Shown here piece by piece: positions 1-13,157 of a stretch of 64,000 bases of DNA (positions are counted from its first letter, which is position 1; every line of letters starts with the position of its first letter). Below the pieces are notes generated by a model. That model saw nothing but the letters and a program-made list of their open reading frames with translations, did no database searches and was not told the origin of the DNA. Source of the stretch: the human T2T-CHM13v2.0 reference genome, Homo sapiens; the NCBI RefSeq assembly GCF_009914755.1, contig NC_060937.1. The stretch is one strand, 5' to 3'. Both the position numbers and the translations under genes were made by a program.

Positions 1-275
1 TTTTTTTTTAAGACAAGGTCTTGCTCTATCACCCAGGCTGGAGTGCAGTGGCATGATCTTGGTTCACTGCAGCCTCTGCCCACTGAGCTCAAGTGATCCT
101 CCCACCTCAGCCTCCTGAGTAGCTGAGACCACAGGCAAGCACCATCATACCCGGCTAATTTTTTGTATTTTTAGTAGAGATGGGGTCTCACCATGTTGCC
201 CAGGCTGCTCTCGAACTCCTGGCCTCAAGTGATCTAGCTGCCTCAGCCTCCCAAAGTGCTGGGATTACAGGCATG
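1..275 (-). mobile_element. Alu (older, J-like)
   Basis: polyT followed by antisense Alu consensus ending ...cccaaagtgctgggattacaggcatgag. Confidence 0.9.
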
Positions 276-1318
276 AGGGAAATGTTCCTATTTTTGACTA
301 ATTCTTCTAGAAATTTATCCAAAGAAGATAATAAAAGGGTACAGAAGAGTTCTCATACAAAAGACTTTGTTACAGTGTTTTATTGCTAGTTTTTAAGTTA
401 CTCTAATAATGCACGCTTGTTTTAAGTCAAATAGAAGTGAATAAGGTAAAAGTGAAACTTCCCTCTTTCTTTCTCATCTAGCCCACAGACGAAAGCCCAT
501 AGGTGGTAACCTTACTCTTAATGGCAAAAATGCAATTACTTTTGCGCCAACCTAATACTATATTCCCTAGGGATAACTGTTGTTAATAGTTAGAGCTTTT
601 TATTTCATGCATATATAGGCAAGCATATATACATAGTTTTGTTTAATAAAAATGAATCATACTTTACATATTAAATGCTATTGAATCGTAGCCAAAAAAC
701 CAACCAAACAATGTAATTATCTGAAAATAGAAAAAGAGTTAAATAAATTACAGGGGTGTTTTGCTAGCTTTTTTTTTTTTTTTAAGACAGAGTTCTGCTA
801 TGTTGTCTAAGCTGGATTTTAACTCCTGGGGTCAAGGGATCCTCCCAACTCATCCTCCAGAATAGCTGGGACTACAGGCACTTGCCACCATGCCCAGCTA
901 AATTATGGTATTTTTGACCTGCTACCACTTTAATGCTATGCAGTCATTAAAAATAAAGGGAGGCAATGTAGTATCATGGAAAGAGCAGAGAAAGACTTAG
1001 ATGGATCTGCTGATTACTGTGCATCCTGGAGCTAACTGCTTAACCTCTTTAGCCTCAGCTCTTTCACTTGTACAGTGAGAGTAATGAGAGCTACCTTTTA
1101 AGTGGTTGTGAAGATTAAATTGAGTTGATATACATAATAAAACACCCAGGATGGTGTGACATATAATGGACACCCTGCAGGTGGTCCCTTTATCATTAGT
1201 GTGAACACATTTAATATCATTAAATGACAACATTTTATTATATAAAAATATTGAATGAGATGAGGAAATATTCACAATATATTGCTAATATAAAAAACTG
1301 TTACAAAAGAGTATACCT

Positions 1319-1647
<329 letters not shown>

Positions 1648-2856
1648 TTATATACTTATACATTAAAAATAGTCTAGAGAGAAATTCAGCAAAGTGTTCA
1701 TAGTGATTAAGAAAGAGGTTATATGCTATTTTTATTTTCCTCTAAATGGTCTTATTTTCTCCTTTGGCTCTTTTCAAAATTTCTACAACGAACATTTTTA
1801 TTTTCACAATTGAGGAAAGATAAAACACTTTTATTTGAGCCCAGAAGGAAAAGAACATGCTTGATAATGGTAGGATGATAAGAGAAATATTAGCTTTTTG
1901 GTACCTGTAAGAAAACAAGCAATTTAGTTCTGGGGTCTAGTGTAGGGAGTAGGGAGGCATTAGAGAGAAGAAATATAAATTTCTCTAGATAAGAAGTAAT
2001 GAAAAACTACATGAGAGTAGATAGGAAGAAAGAAGTAATAAATGTTAATATTGTGACACAGATGTTATAGGTAAATTCGATAACATAAACAGATATGGGA
2101 AAACAAGAATAATGAGGTCTAATATAAGATTCTACTTATTTATGGCATAGTGACAAGAGTAGTTCATGAGTAAAGTGATGAAAAATTGGTGCTCTATTAG
2201 AAAAATATAGTCAATTTTTGATTATACTAAAGAATGGGAGAGATGCTATGAAATGCAGTAATGTTAATGTACATTTTTATAGAGATTCACCTCTCAAATA
2301 TTTTCTCTTTACATAGAATTAAAATGGTTTTATAATTCCTAAGTATATACCAGCTTCACAGTAGAGCAAGAGGGCCTGAAAGCATCTGTCCAGTGAATCA
2401 TCTATCCAATAAGAAGTTATTGAATATCTCCTGGCACCAAGCATTAGGTGCTGTGTGGAATACCAGCACAAAACACACATGGACTCGGTCCTCACAGAAC
2501 ATATTACAGCTAAATAAGGAGGAGAAGGCACAAAATAAACAGCCAAAGCATGTCCAGAAAGAAAGCAGTCAGTACTATAACAGAGGTTCCAATAAAAGTT
2601 ATGCAAGTTTACAGAGAAGGATAAATTCTTTAGAGTGGGAGGATTCTGGAGGTATGGTAGAGCTCAGCCTTGAACAAGTGGGATCTTGATGCTGGGAGAT
2701 CAGCAGGCAACGACCTTGGAAGAAGTAGCCCCAGAAGCAAATGCAGAGGCTGGAGTGGGGAAAAAAAGTAGGGTATGTGATAGGAGCTGTAGTTTTGGAG
2801 CAAATCAGAGAGGGTCTCAAAACTTCTCTGAAGAGTGAAACAATATAAAAGCACAA

Positions 2857-3126
2857 GGCAGACCAGGCACAGTGGCTAACACCTGTAATCCCAGCACTTT
2901 GGGAGGCCAAAGTGGGAGGATCACTTGAGGCCAGCCTGGGCAACATAGCAAGATCCTGTCTCTAAAAACAATTTCAAAATTAGCTGGGTGTGGTGGCGCA
3001 TGCCTGCAGTCCTAGCTACTCAGGAGGCTGAGGCAGGAGGATGGCTTGTTCAAGGTTACAGTGAGCCATGATGATGTCACTGCACTCCTGCCTGGGCAAC
3101 AGAATGAAATCCTGTCTCAAAAAAAA
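2857..3126 (+). mobile_element. Alu (J-like)
   Basis: Diverged Alu dimer; flanking repeat gcacaaggca. Confidence 0.88.
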
Positions 3127-4113
3127 TGCACAAGGCAAACCCCACTTTCTACCTCAATAATAACAATTTGTGTCTTTCTTTGTACATATATGAACATATT
3201 TGTAGGTATACATATATATGGAGAATATATATATTTTTCCAAAGATTATATTATTTTACACTTACTATTTTCTCAAACATTGCAAACATTGAAATTTTCC
3301 CATGTCAATGCTTCACCTACAACATGATTGCTAATAGCCACTTAGTTTTTTATAAATTACTTAACAAATTACCTACTGTTGGACATTTGTTTTCTAACTG
3401 TTTATCTGTGGGGTTTTTCTTTGAATAAACTCCTAATTTCTTAGTTTTCTACTGAGTTTCAAATTTTTGTACCATGACTTCATATATGGATTTTATCTTT
3501 TTATTGATTTAATAAAAGGCTAACACCATTAAGTCAATACTTGCAAATATTTTTGGCACCTTCTCGATTTCTTTGAATTTATTTATAGTGTTTGTTTTGA
3601 CATACAAACGTTTTCTATTTTTATGTAGTCAAACCTAGGCAACTCTTTCTTTACAGCCTCTGTCCCAGTGAAGGTTTGGGGGCATGGCTGGAGCATTATC
3701 AAAATTGGGCTGGAGCCACTTGAAGGATCCAAGTGACCCAGGGCCTCGACAAAAGGACTGAAGCAAATTCAAGGAAGAGGAAGAGTCAACAGTATTCGCC
3801 AAATAATTGAATGTGGAGAAGGAATAAGCTCACAAACGATCCCAAGGTTTTCAGGCTGGCAACCATAAGGACACTGATGACATTAATACAGCGCAGCACA
3901 TAGGAGGTGAAGTGGGTCTGCTTACAACAAGGAAGAATCACTATTAATACTTGTTTTTGGGTACAATTGTGATACCGAGCCTCCAAGGTGGTCTCAATGA
4001 TCGTCATCCTAAATTCTTGATGCACAGGATCTCTGAGACAATAAATGTTTATTCTTTAAGCCACTAAGTTTGGGGTAATATGCTACACAGCAATAGATTA
4101 ATAACATAGATGT

Positions 4114-4427
<314 letters not shown>

Positions 4428-5312
4428 CTAGCTGGCAGAAGAAATGCAGAACTAGGGTACTGAAAGATGCCAGGGGTAGAGACAGAGATTTAAGAGAGAT
4501 CTACTTATTGGTAAACACTGAAGTGGGGCAGTTTAGGTGACAATGGACAGAAAAAGAAAATCAGAAAAGGACACATGGTTGAGGACATACACAGGGCGAA
4601 GACAGAGATAAGCCTGAGGGAGAGCAGTCAGATAAACAAAAGAGAGTGAGCAGAATAATGTCATGGGAGGAAGCTATTGCGGGCCACTAGAATAAGAGGA
4701 CATTATTATGAATATGCCATGGATTCACAAAAAGAGACCTATATTGGGAAATAAATCATTATCCCTGGAAGCCAGTCATCTACTCTTGAGCTTTAAGTTT
4801 GGGTAGGTTTTCTTGCAATTTTTTGTGGTAAGATAAAATTTATATCATTTTAACGATTTTTAAGTGTACAGTTCAATGGCATTAAGTATATTCATATGGT
4901 GTAACTTGGGTAGTCCATTTTGCACACACTTTGTATGGAACTTTTTATGCTACTCTCATTTATAAATCCTCTAGAAGCTGACCAACAAGACTTGCCTTAG
5001 AATTAATTCTAGCAAACAATGGACATTGTTGTCCCAATATATTATGAAATGAACATATCACTAAAGAGGGTGACATAAACACTGACCAAGGTGGATTTAG
5101 CAAAAATTATTAATTTTTAATTAACTATATTTATTTTCCAAAATCATTAGACCAACAATTACATATAGTTTTTCTCTATTCATTCAGTGCACTCAATAAA
5201 TGTGTTTAGCACCTATTATGTGACAGGAACTGTTCTGCATACTGAGGAAGACAAGCAATAAACAAATGAATAATTAAGAGAGCAAAGTAATTGCAGAGCA
5301 TTATACATGCTA

Positions 5313-5640
<328 letters not shown>

Positions 5641-6198
5641 AAACCAGGAACCAAGGTGGTGTGATAAGGTGATAAGGTGTGATTGTGGCTGGGGGTCTAC
5701 TCTAGCTAGGATGTTTGCAGAAAACCCCTCGTAGAGGACCTGAATAAGGAGAGAGGAAGTGCACCACAGAGAAAAGTCAGGGCAACAGAGGAGGCTGGCA
5801 TCTCACAGGGCCTTGCAGGGCACCCTAAGGAGGGCCATAGGAGCCACAGGGATGTGATCTTATTTCTTTTCTATTTTCATTAAAAAAATTTTTTTTTAGC
5901 AGGGACAGGGTCTTGCTATGTTGCCCAGGCTATCTCGAACTCCTGGCTTCACACAATCCTCCCACCTTGGCCATCCAAAGTGCTGGGATTACAGGGGTGA
6001 GCCAGTGCGTCCAGCCTCTTTTTAAAAATGAGATCATTGGTTGCTGTTTGGACAATGGACTTAGGAGGTTGAATTAACAAAAATCAATTATGGCTTAAAA
6101 TTCGAAATTATAAAAAATAAAAATTTCCTTTTTATATTGGATTAAAAGCCAGCTGAATATCCCACTGAAAATTAACAGAAATTTGAACTTAACTTTAC

Positions 6199-6315
6199 CT
6201 TTTCAAAATTGATCTCTTTTATGACACAGTGCTTGCTATCTGATTTCCCTTTAGCTAAGTATGCTTTCCCGAAGGCACCTTGCCCGATGGCCTTAATCAC
6301 ATCGTACTTATCCAT
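6199..6315 (-). CDS. NEK5: NEK5 first coding exon (CDS part; exon 6199-6337), kinase N-lobe; gene continues beyond the left edge of the window
   Basis: Translates MDKYDVIKAIGQGAFGKAYLAKGKSDSKHCVIKEINFEK, with a GxGxxG loop and VIK lysine. Acceptor ttccAG at 6338-6339, donor AAG|GTAAAG at 6197-6198; 117 nt, phase 0. Confidence 0.95.
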
Positions 6316-6427
6316 GGTCTCCAATGGGCTGAGTTTCCTGGAATTAGAGTAATGTAAATTTATCACACACGTCTCATAAAGACTAACAAAGTCAGAAAAC
6401 TGATGACTAAAGTGTAAAAGAACTCAC

Positions 6428-6495
6428 TTAGCTAAAACTTTCCTCCCAGCCTTGCCAAGACAGAGACAAATAACTTTCTTTGTGGCCACAGATAA
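6428..6495 (-). other. NEK5: NEK5 5' leader exon (68 nt)
   Basis: Acceptor ctcatttcAG (6496-6497) and donor TAA|GTGAGT (6426-6427); 90-nt intron to the ATG exon. Confidence 0.8.
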
Positions 6496-7096
6496 CTGAA
6501 ATGAGACAGAGTTTCTTGGTCAGACACGGGTCATAGCTCAGCTTTGATACACTTTTGCCCTGTATTCTCGGGTAAGTCACTTAACCTGGCAAAACCTCAC
6601 TTTCCTAATTTCTAAAATGGAATAACAATACCTGTTTTGCAAGTTTGTTCTGAGAATGAAAGATACTATATCCGGTGTTTCGCACCTTTATAAAGCAGGA
6701 ATGTCCTTAGGCTTGTGCACTTTTATAGTTCAGCCTTTCTTAGTGGGGACGTACTGCCCCCTAGGGGGAATTCTGGAAATATATGGGGGTGGGGAAGCTG
6801 TTTCCCCAAGATTCAGAGGCATGAGGTTTACAGGTGGTTGGGGCCTGAGATGGTAGGATTCTGCGATTCGAGAGACAGTCCCGCACAATAAAGGATTACC
6901 CCGCGGCCCTACAATCTTGGAGAGTCTTCCTATACATTCCTGTGCGTGGAAAAATCCGTTTGTGGCTAGAACCAAACTCTATTTTACATCGAAATGCTAA
7001 GTATTTTTGCAGTTTTAATGAACACTTCTTTTTTTTTTCGAGGAATGCAACTACATGTAAATCAAGGCTTGATTGCACTTCGGTTTGGAGGTTTAC

Positions 7097-7177
7097 CAAG
7101 AATTGTTCACCATTTGGGAAAACCACGCGCTTCACTGGCCACGCTGCTCCTGGTCCCGGAGACCCAACAATCTGCAT
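7097..7177 (-). CDS. NEK5: Candidate alternative upstream coding exon of NEK5 (MQIVGSPGPGAAWPVKRVVFPNGEQFL)
   Basis: ATG at 7177 and donor TTG|GTAAAC at 7095-7096. Joins in frame, without stops, through the 68-nt exon to MDKYDV. Confidence 0.4.
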
Positions 7178-7655
7178 TTGCTGCCGTCACGTTCAGGCGA
7201 CTCCCCAGGCGCGGCTACTGGCTACTTCTCTACATTTTCCAAGGGTAGTAGTGCCAAGCATTTTCAGATTGAAATATGTACTTTCTTACTTATTGCTTTC
7301 CTTCTATTTCCTCTTTATGCTACAGTTAGGGCATAATACAGTTTTGTTGTTGTTGTTAATGGGGTGAGCAGGGGGCTTGTTTTCGAATAATTTTACGTCA
7401 GGGTGGGAAGTCGGTACTGGGTTGCAGGGGGCTGGGAACCAGCTCCGCAGCCAGGAGAGGCTGCAGACACCGGAGGATCGGGTTCTGAGAGAGACGCATA
7501 CGGACTTGGGGCCGGGGGTGACTCGCCGGGAACTGAGGGCCCGCGACCCTCCCGCCCAAGTGGCACCAAAGGGTGGAAGCCCCCAAATTAGGAAAATTCC
7601 TTCTCCCCTAGGGCCGCCCCTGGAAGCGGCCGCGGGTGAGTGGCAAGACGCTTAC

Positions 7656-7700
7656 CCGTACCCGACCTCCGCGTGTGGAGCGTTGCCATAGAGACCGACG
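7656..7700 (-). other. NEK5: Candidate NEK5 alternative first exon (5' end approximate)
   Basis: Donor CGG|GTAAGC at 7654-7655 inside the CpG island, overlapping an X-box motif. Confidence 0.5.
7682..7695. promoter_or_regulatory. RFX X-box-like motif
   Basis: GTTGCCATAGAGAC (reverse complement GTCTCTATGGCAAC) resembles the 14-bp palindromic RFX consensus GTNRCC-N2-RGYAAC. Confidence 0.7.
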
Positions 7701-7861
7701 CGCCCTGGACGCTACACCCACACAGCCCAGGACGCTAGGCCTTTTCTGGGCCGCCCCCGCCGCCCCAGGCCGAAACTCCATCCCTTTCCCCCACCCTGCC
7801 GAGCTCCCGAAGCCCTGTGGCGGCTCCGGGCAAGAACTAAGGGCGGCCCCTGCAATCGTAC

Positions 7862-7905
7862 CTGCTCCGCCGGCTCCGCGGGGCCAACGAAGCGTCCCGG
7901 AAGGA
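7862..7905 (-). other. NEK5: Candidate NEK5 first exon (5' end approximate)
   Basis: Donor CAG|GTACGA at 7860-7861, downstream of GC boxes at ~7940-7980 on the minus strand. Confidence 0.55.
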
Positions 7906-9679
7906 TCCGGGTTCCCGGGGCCGCTGCGCCTCCCTGCGGCCGGGGCGGAGCCGCGCAAGGAAACGCGGGCGGGGCGCGGGTCTGGAATGGCCTGGGGACC
8001 AGTCCACCTCGAGGCAGGGTCAGGCGCCAGGGAGTTTGGAGACCCGGCAGAGTCACCCCGCAACCGTCCCGTTGCCTTGGGTCGGGATTCCTTTGCTTTG
8101 CAGTCTACAGTAGCGCTCCCCGCTCTTGCTTAAGGTGCACCAGACGCTTCGCAAACGTTCTCTCTTTTCTTTACAACCCGTCAAGGCAGTAGTCTCCCAG
8201 TTTTACAAATGAGCTAAACTGATACAGGAAGAGTGTTTCTTGTACAAGGTCTCAAATATTGCCAAAAGGTGGACGTGAGACTGGAACGGCTTCCTACTCT
8301 TTGGGCCACAGCGGCGGCCTGCCAAGGGACTTTCTAACGAAACCGGCGCTGCCCAAGCGTCTGCACTCACGCCCAGTGCTCATCCCACCCTGCCCCATTC
8401 TGGATTTGCACATCAAGCTGCTGTCTAAAATGTTTAAGTAGTTGAAAAAAATGTAATTTTCAGCAATTGTAAATAGTGACGCAAGTTAAATATATCCAAC
8501 TGAATCGAAACACTACAGTAATATGGTACCCTCCATCGTCCACCTCACACACACACACAAAAAAAACCCACAAAAAACTCTTAAAAATCCTAAGTTTACA
8601 TCATTACTCTTCCTTCTTAAAATCATCTCTCCGCCGCCCCCTCCCCGTCCCTGCCACAAAAAATTTCTTCTTCTTGTAAGCACTCTAGTCAAGTTGGATT
8701 AGGGCTGAACTAAAGGCCTCATTTTGATCTAATTGCATCTTTAAAGTCTCTGTCTCCGAATATAGTCTCATTATTAGTTATTGGTGTTAGATTTCAGTGT
8801 GTGAATTGGGGGTGGCCGCGGCGGGGGTGAATGCAGCCCGTAGCAGGAGTCCAAAAGTTGTTTAGCAGTTGGAATATCCAATGTTAGTTTCTTTGGCAGT
8901 GAAATTCCCTCAAAATATTAGTAGGTATATGATCTACTTGTTTTTGTTTAATTACACGTGTCAGTGACCACACCCAAATTTCTTCCCTAGAATTCTTAGA
9001 CATGCTTCATTAAATCATATCTTCATTCTACTTTCCTGATAGAATTTTACCCGTTATCTTTTTCATACTTGAAAGTCTTATTGATCATCCTATCATACTG
9101 CTGAAAGAAGTACAGAAATGGAAATTTATATTTCCTGCTCATAGAATTTTAGTTTTTCTGGATTAAATTGTTAAAATTACTAGTACTACACAATTGATCA
9201 CAATAAAATGTATCACAATACTGATAATTATTAAATATAAAAAATAAAATTGTATTGAAAATTCATCTCTTTAAGACCTGGATGGGCTTCCCATGCACCG
9301 TTAGTTCCTGTATCCATAGATGAATGCTAACTTCTTGCTACAATGAAGTTTAACACTGATTCTCTTCCATTTTCTTAAGGCTGTAAGTGCTGAGAAATAA
9401 GTACATAGGAATGAAAAGTTTTGTTAAAAGTGTCCCTCAATTTTTGTCTAGTTGTATCTCAAGAATCATATAGTAATCTGTCACCAAAACTGGTTTATAA
9501 TCATGAACTGATAATTCCATTAGTCTTCTGAAATTTTATTAAAAGCAAAACCCCATAAGCCATTCTGATTTTGAAAAGGATTTATTATCCAATACTTATC
9601 CAGTCTCTCAGTAACTGTACATAATTTCAAGTTTTTTTTGTTTGATGGTTTTGAAATGTTTATGCCCTTGGGCAATGCC

Positions 9680-10900
9680 AAGATTGAAGATGACTAAGAG
9701 GTATGGAATACAGTATATATGGAAGCTGAGTACCTGGAAATGTCCTTAAAACTATCCATGCCTGCTTTAACTTGAAAAATCTTCAAGAGAGTAGTAAGCT
9801 AATTTCAAAGAGCTAACCCAAGTAATTTTGGGAAATGGTATTTGACTGGAAACTATGAGACAATAGGAAAGATACATAAACTCTGTACCTTAGTTGGTAA
9901 ATTTGTTTCTCCCAGGGGTATGGGTTAATGATTTGGAAACTGCTTTACAAATAGACTAGGATTGAACAGCTAAGCAGATGGCGGATGGTACAAGCCAGTT
10001 TTCTCATTGTCAGGGAGAGAAGTTACAGAAAAGCGTGAGAAGAAGGCTAGAATGAACCTTGTAGTACTGGGTTAGTTGGAGACATCAGTATGGACCCATG
10101 CTTAATTTAATGTATGTACAGATGGAGAGATACAGAAATAACTGTAGAGATGTCTGGATGGATATACAATTATACAGTGTATACAGGTTAGTATACACAT
10201 ATATACTTCCTAGCTCTGTCTGCTGAGAGGGCCTAGAAGCAGTGACACCCCAGGAGCAATAAGCACACCCAGCACCCAGATCTTGGTTTCTAAACCAGTG
10301 GGAACCTTGTTGAAATGGATGATTTTGGGGCTGGGGCAGAGAAGATAAAGATGAGTCTGGACCATCTTGTAGTGCCAGAAAGGAAGTGCTCCAAAAGAAC
10401 CAGCGCACCTCAAAGGGACACAGGAGGTGACCTGAAACAATTCCCAACGGCCAAAGCTAGAACAATTTAAGCAAGAAAACAAACGACTTATTATTGGATT
10501 ATACTCCCACCCCCAGAGGTGGAGATTAATTCCTTTGCATTTGACTATGAGCTGGAGTGTGTGACTCACTTATAGTGAACACAGCATGAACATGGAAAAT
10601 TATGAAGTTGATAGTGAAGAGCCTGGCAGACACTGCCTTCATCAAGTGATCAAGGTGAACGACACCAGGAAGAAGTCATGCTGATGCTCCCTGAAATGAT
10701 GTGATGAGAAGGGCACTTCACCTTTGTGATTTTCCCCAAAATCCATAAGCTTAGTCCAATTGTGAGACAAACCCAAATTGAGCAACAGTCTACAAAATAC
10801 CTAAGCAGTACTCAAAAATGTCAAGGTCCCGAAAAACAAGGAAAGATTTAGAGACTGCCAGAGACCACTGGAGATGAAAGATATCTAAATGTAAATACAG
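9680..10900 (+). mobile_element. Old L1 (L1MC/MD-like) 3' UTR fragment
   Basis: Resembles an ancient L1 3' end by eye (e.g. tgatgagaagggcacttcacct, gacaaacccaaattgag); boundaries approximate. Confidence 0.55.
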
Positions 10901-11494
10901 CGTATGTGTGAGGTGGAGGGTTGGTTCTATACCACAGGTTTTACATGTTAAGATTTAAAAACTGTTAAATCTTTAAAAGATGTATATATTCCAGATTTCA
11001 GCAACTGCTTGTTAATGACCCTAAATGTATTTTCCCCCTACTCTTCACTTTAGCACCGTTCCCTGTATTTGGCTGGCTCACGTCTCTTTGAGAGGTGTTG
11101 AGCGAAGCCTGTTTCTTTAGTGAAATATTCTCATCTCACTGAAGTGCACACTATTAGATGAGGTTCACACACGACAGGACCCAGCACGTGTGCGCCATGC
11201 CTCCTCCTATTCGTTCCACATCACTCTCTAGTTTCTGATATTTACCATTAACTGCTCCTCACCTCTGGCCTCTTCCTTCCTCATCTACAGGACTGCCATC
11301 TTCTGACAAGATCTGCAGACCACCCCAAGCTTCCCAGGGCTGACCCTCCAACCCAGGCTCTTTTGTGCATCCTATGAGGGACTGTATTTAAGGACAGCTG
11401 GTAGTTGGTGAAGATCATTGGAATGATCTTCAAACTACTCAGAATCAGGTCATATTGAAAAACTGCACACATTACTAAATCATAATTAAATATA

Positions 11495-11500
11495 TTTAAT
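11495..11500 (-). terminator. NEK3: Likely NEK3 polyadenylation signal ATTAAA
   Basis: Plus-strand tttaat about 475 nt past the stop codon, followed on the minus strand by GT/T-rich sequence. Confidence 0.6.
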
Positions 11501-11974
11501 TCTCAAACCTTTAGGAAATGTAAAAAGAGTCACATAATAATAAACACATATCATAATGTGAATAATATCATACGGGCTGCTATAAAGGTCTGTGGTCAGC
11601 ATCCCTCTGAGGTAGGCATTATTATCTTCATTTTATGGTTGAGGAAATTGGGGCTTGAAGAGGTTAAGTAATTTCCCACAATCACACAAGTAGGTAGTGG
11701 CACGCTAGCATCCCATTTCTGTTCTATGGGACTGCAAAGCCCGATGCTCACACTCATTCCACTATACCTTCTCCCTTGAGTTCAAAAACTTACAGGAGTT
11801 CTAGACTTTTCAAACTCACGATACTAATCAAGAACGATTTTAAGTATTAAGAGTTTCCTCTGCTTCATTCTGTTTCCAAAGGAAAATATACGTCGCATGA
11901 ACTCATGATCATCTCAGCATGAACTCCTGAGTGAAGCCTCTCCTCAGCGTGACTCAGGAACATTTCCTCAGGCA

Positions 11975-12059
11975 TTATCTGTCGCACAGGCCTTGCCATC
12001 CAGCTCGCTTCTTCAGCTCTGACACCCAGTCGGGGTTGTCATCTTCCTCCTCAAAGTCC
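11975..12059 (-). CDS. NEK3: NEK3 exon 16 (last coding exon)
   Basis: ttttcacAG|G GAC TTT...; encodes [27 protein letters not shown], with TAA at 11975-11977. Confidence 0.93.
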
Positions 12060-12447
12060 CTGTGAAAAAACAATTTGGACCATAAACCTCTACATTAGGG
12101 GCACAGTATCTGTTGATGAGTTCAAAGCGGAATACCACCATAACAATACTTAAGCTTTTGAAAATTGAGTTCCATAAGGCAACTGAAGGGAAAAAATTGC
12201 CAGTTCTTCCAAAAGATCACTTCTTTGACTGTTTCTAAAACTTTTAAAAATATAAATCCTAATATATTAAAAAATAACAAGTCCAAGCTGAAAGGCTATA
12301 GGTGTAGGGCTCAATCAGGAATTTTATAATCATATTGTAAGGCATTACCCATCCCAGACAAAAGATCAGGATATAAATATCCATTTATGATGAAAAGTAA
12401 TATAAGAGGTCCCTACTAAATCTGAAATTATCATGGTCTAATTTAAA

Positions 12448-12448
<1 letters not shown>

Positions 12449-12479
<31 letters not shown>
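12449..12479. repeat. (CA)15 microsatellite
   Basis: Perfect dinucleotide run. Confidence 0.97.
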
Positions 12480-12481
<2 letters not shown>

Positions 12482-12521
12482 CCAACCCCAGCTACAGCTT
12501 TCTATGCATATCACAACGTAC

Positions 12522-12648
12522 GTGTCCTCCTCATCTAGCCCAGGCTCAAGTCGCTCTGGATCCAAAATGACAGAATCGTGACCTCCATCAACACTGTCCG
12601 ATGCTTCTGTTTCTTCAGACAGGGGGCCTTTCAAGAACCCTTCTGAAC
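12522..12648 (-). CDS. NEK3: NEK3 exon 15
   Basis: Encodes [43 protein letters not shown]; 127 nt, AG/GT bounded, phase 1 to 2. Confidence 0.93.
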
Positions 12649-12824
12649 CTTCAGGAGATATTAACAGAAAATATACCAATTTAAACAGTATTTACTTATT
12701 TCATGCAGTTTGATTAAAATCCTCCGTAAGCTTGCTGGCTGAGGACAATGCCATGTCCCATAACTCTTTTGTAGTGTCTCCCCACATTACCCAACATGAT
12801 TGTAGGCATAAAACAGGCCCCTGA

Positions 12825-13157
<333 letters not shown>

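Larger units (their letters stand above)
7380..8160. promoter_or_regulatory. CpG island / NEK5 promoter
   Basis: Very GC- and CpG-rich tract with GC boxes (ggggcggag, gggcggggc), 1-2 kb upstream of the NEK5 coding exon. Confidence 0.9.

Noticed and set aside
7377-8133. Long overlapping Pro/Gly/Arg-rich ORFs (up to 165 aa) on both strands
   Set aside because: Expected from stop-codon depletion in a CpG island; those checked start at non-ATG codons, and none resembles a protein I recognise.
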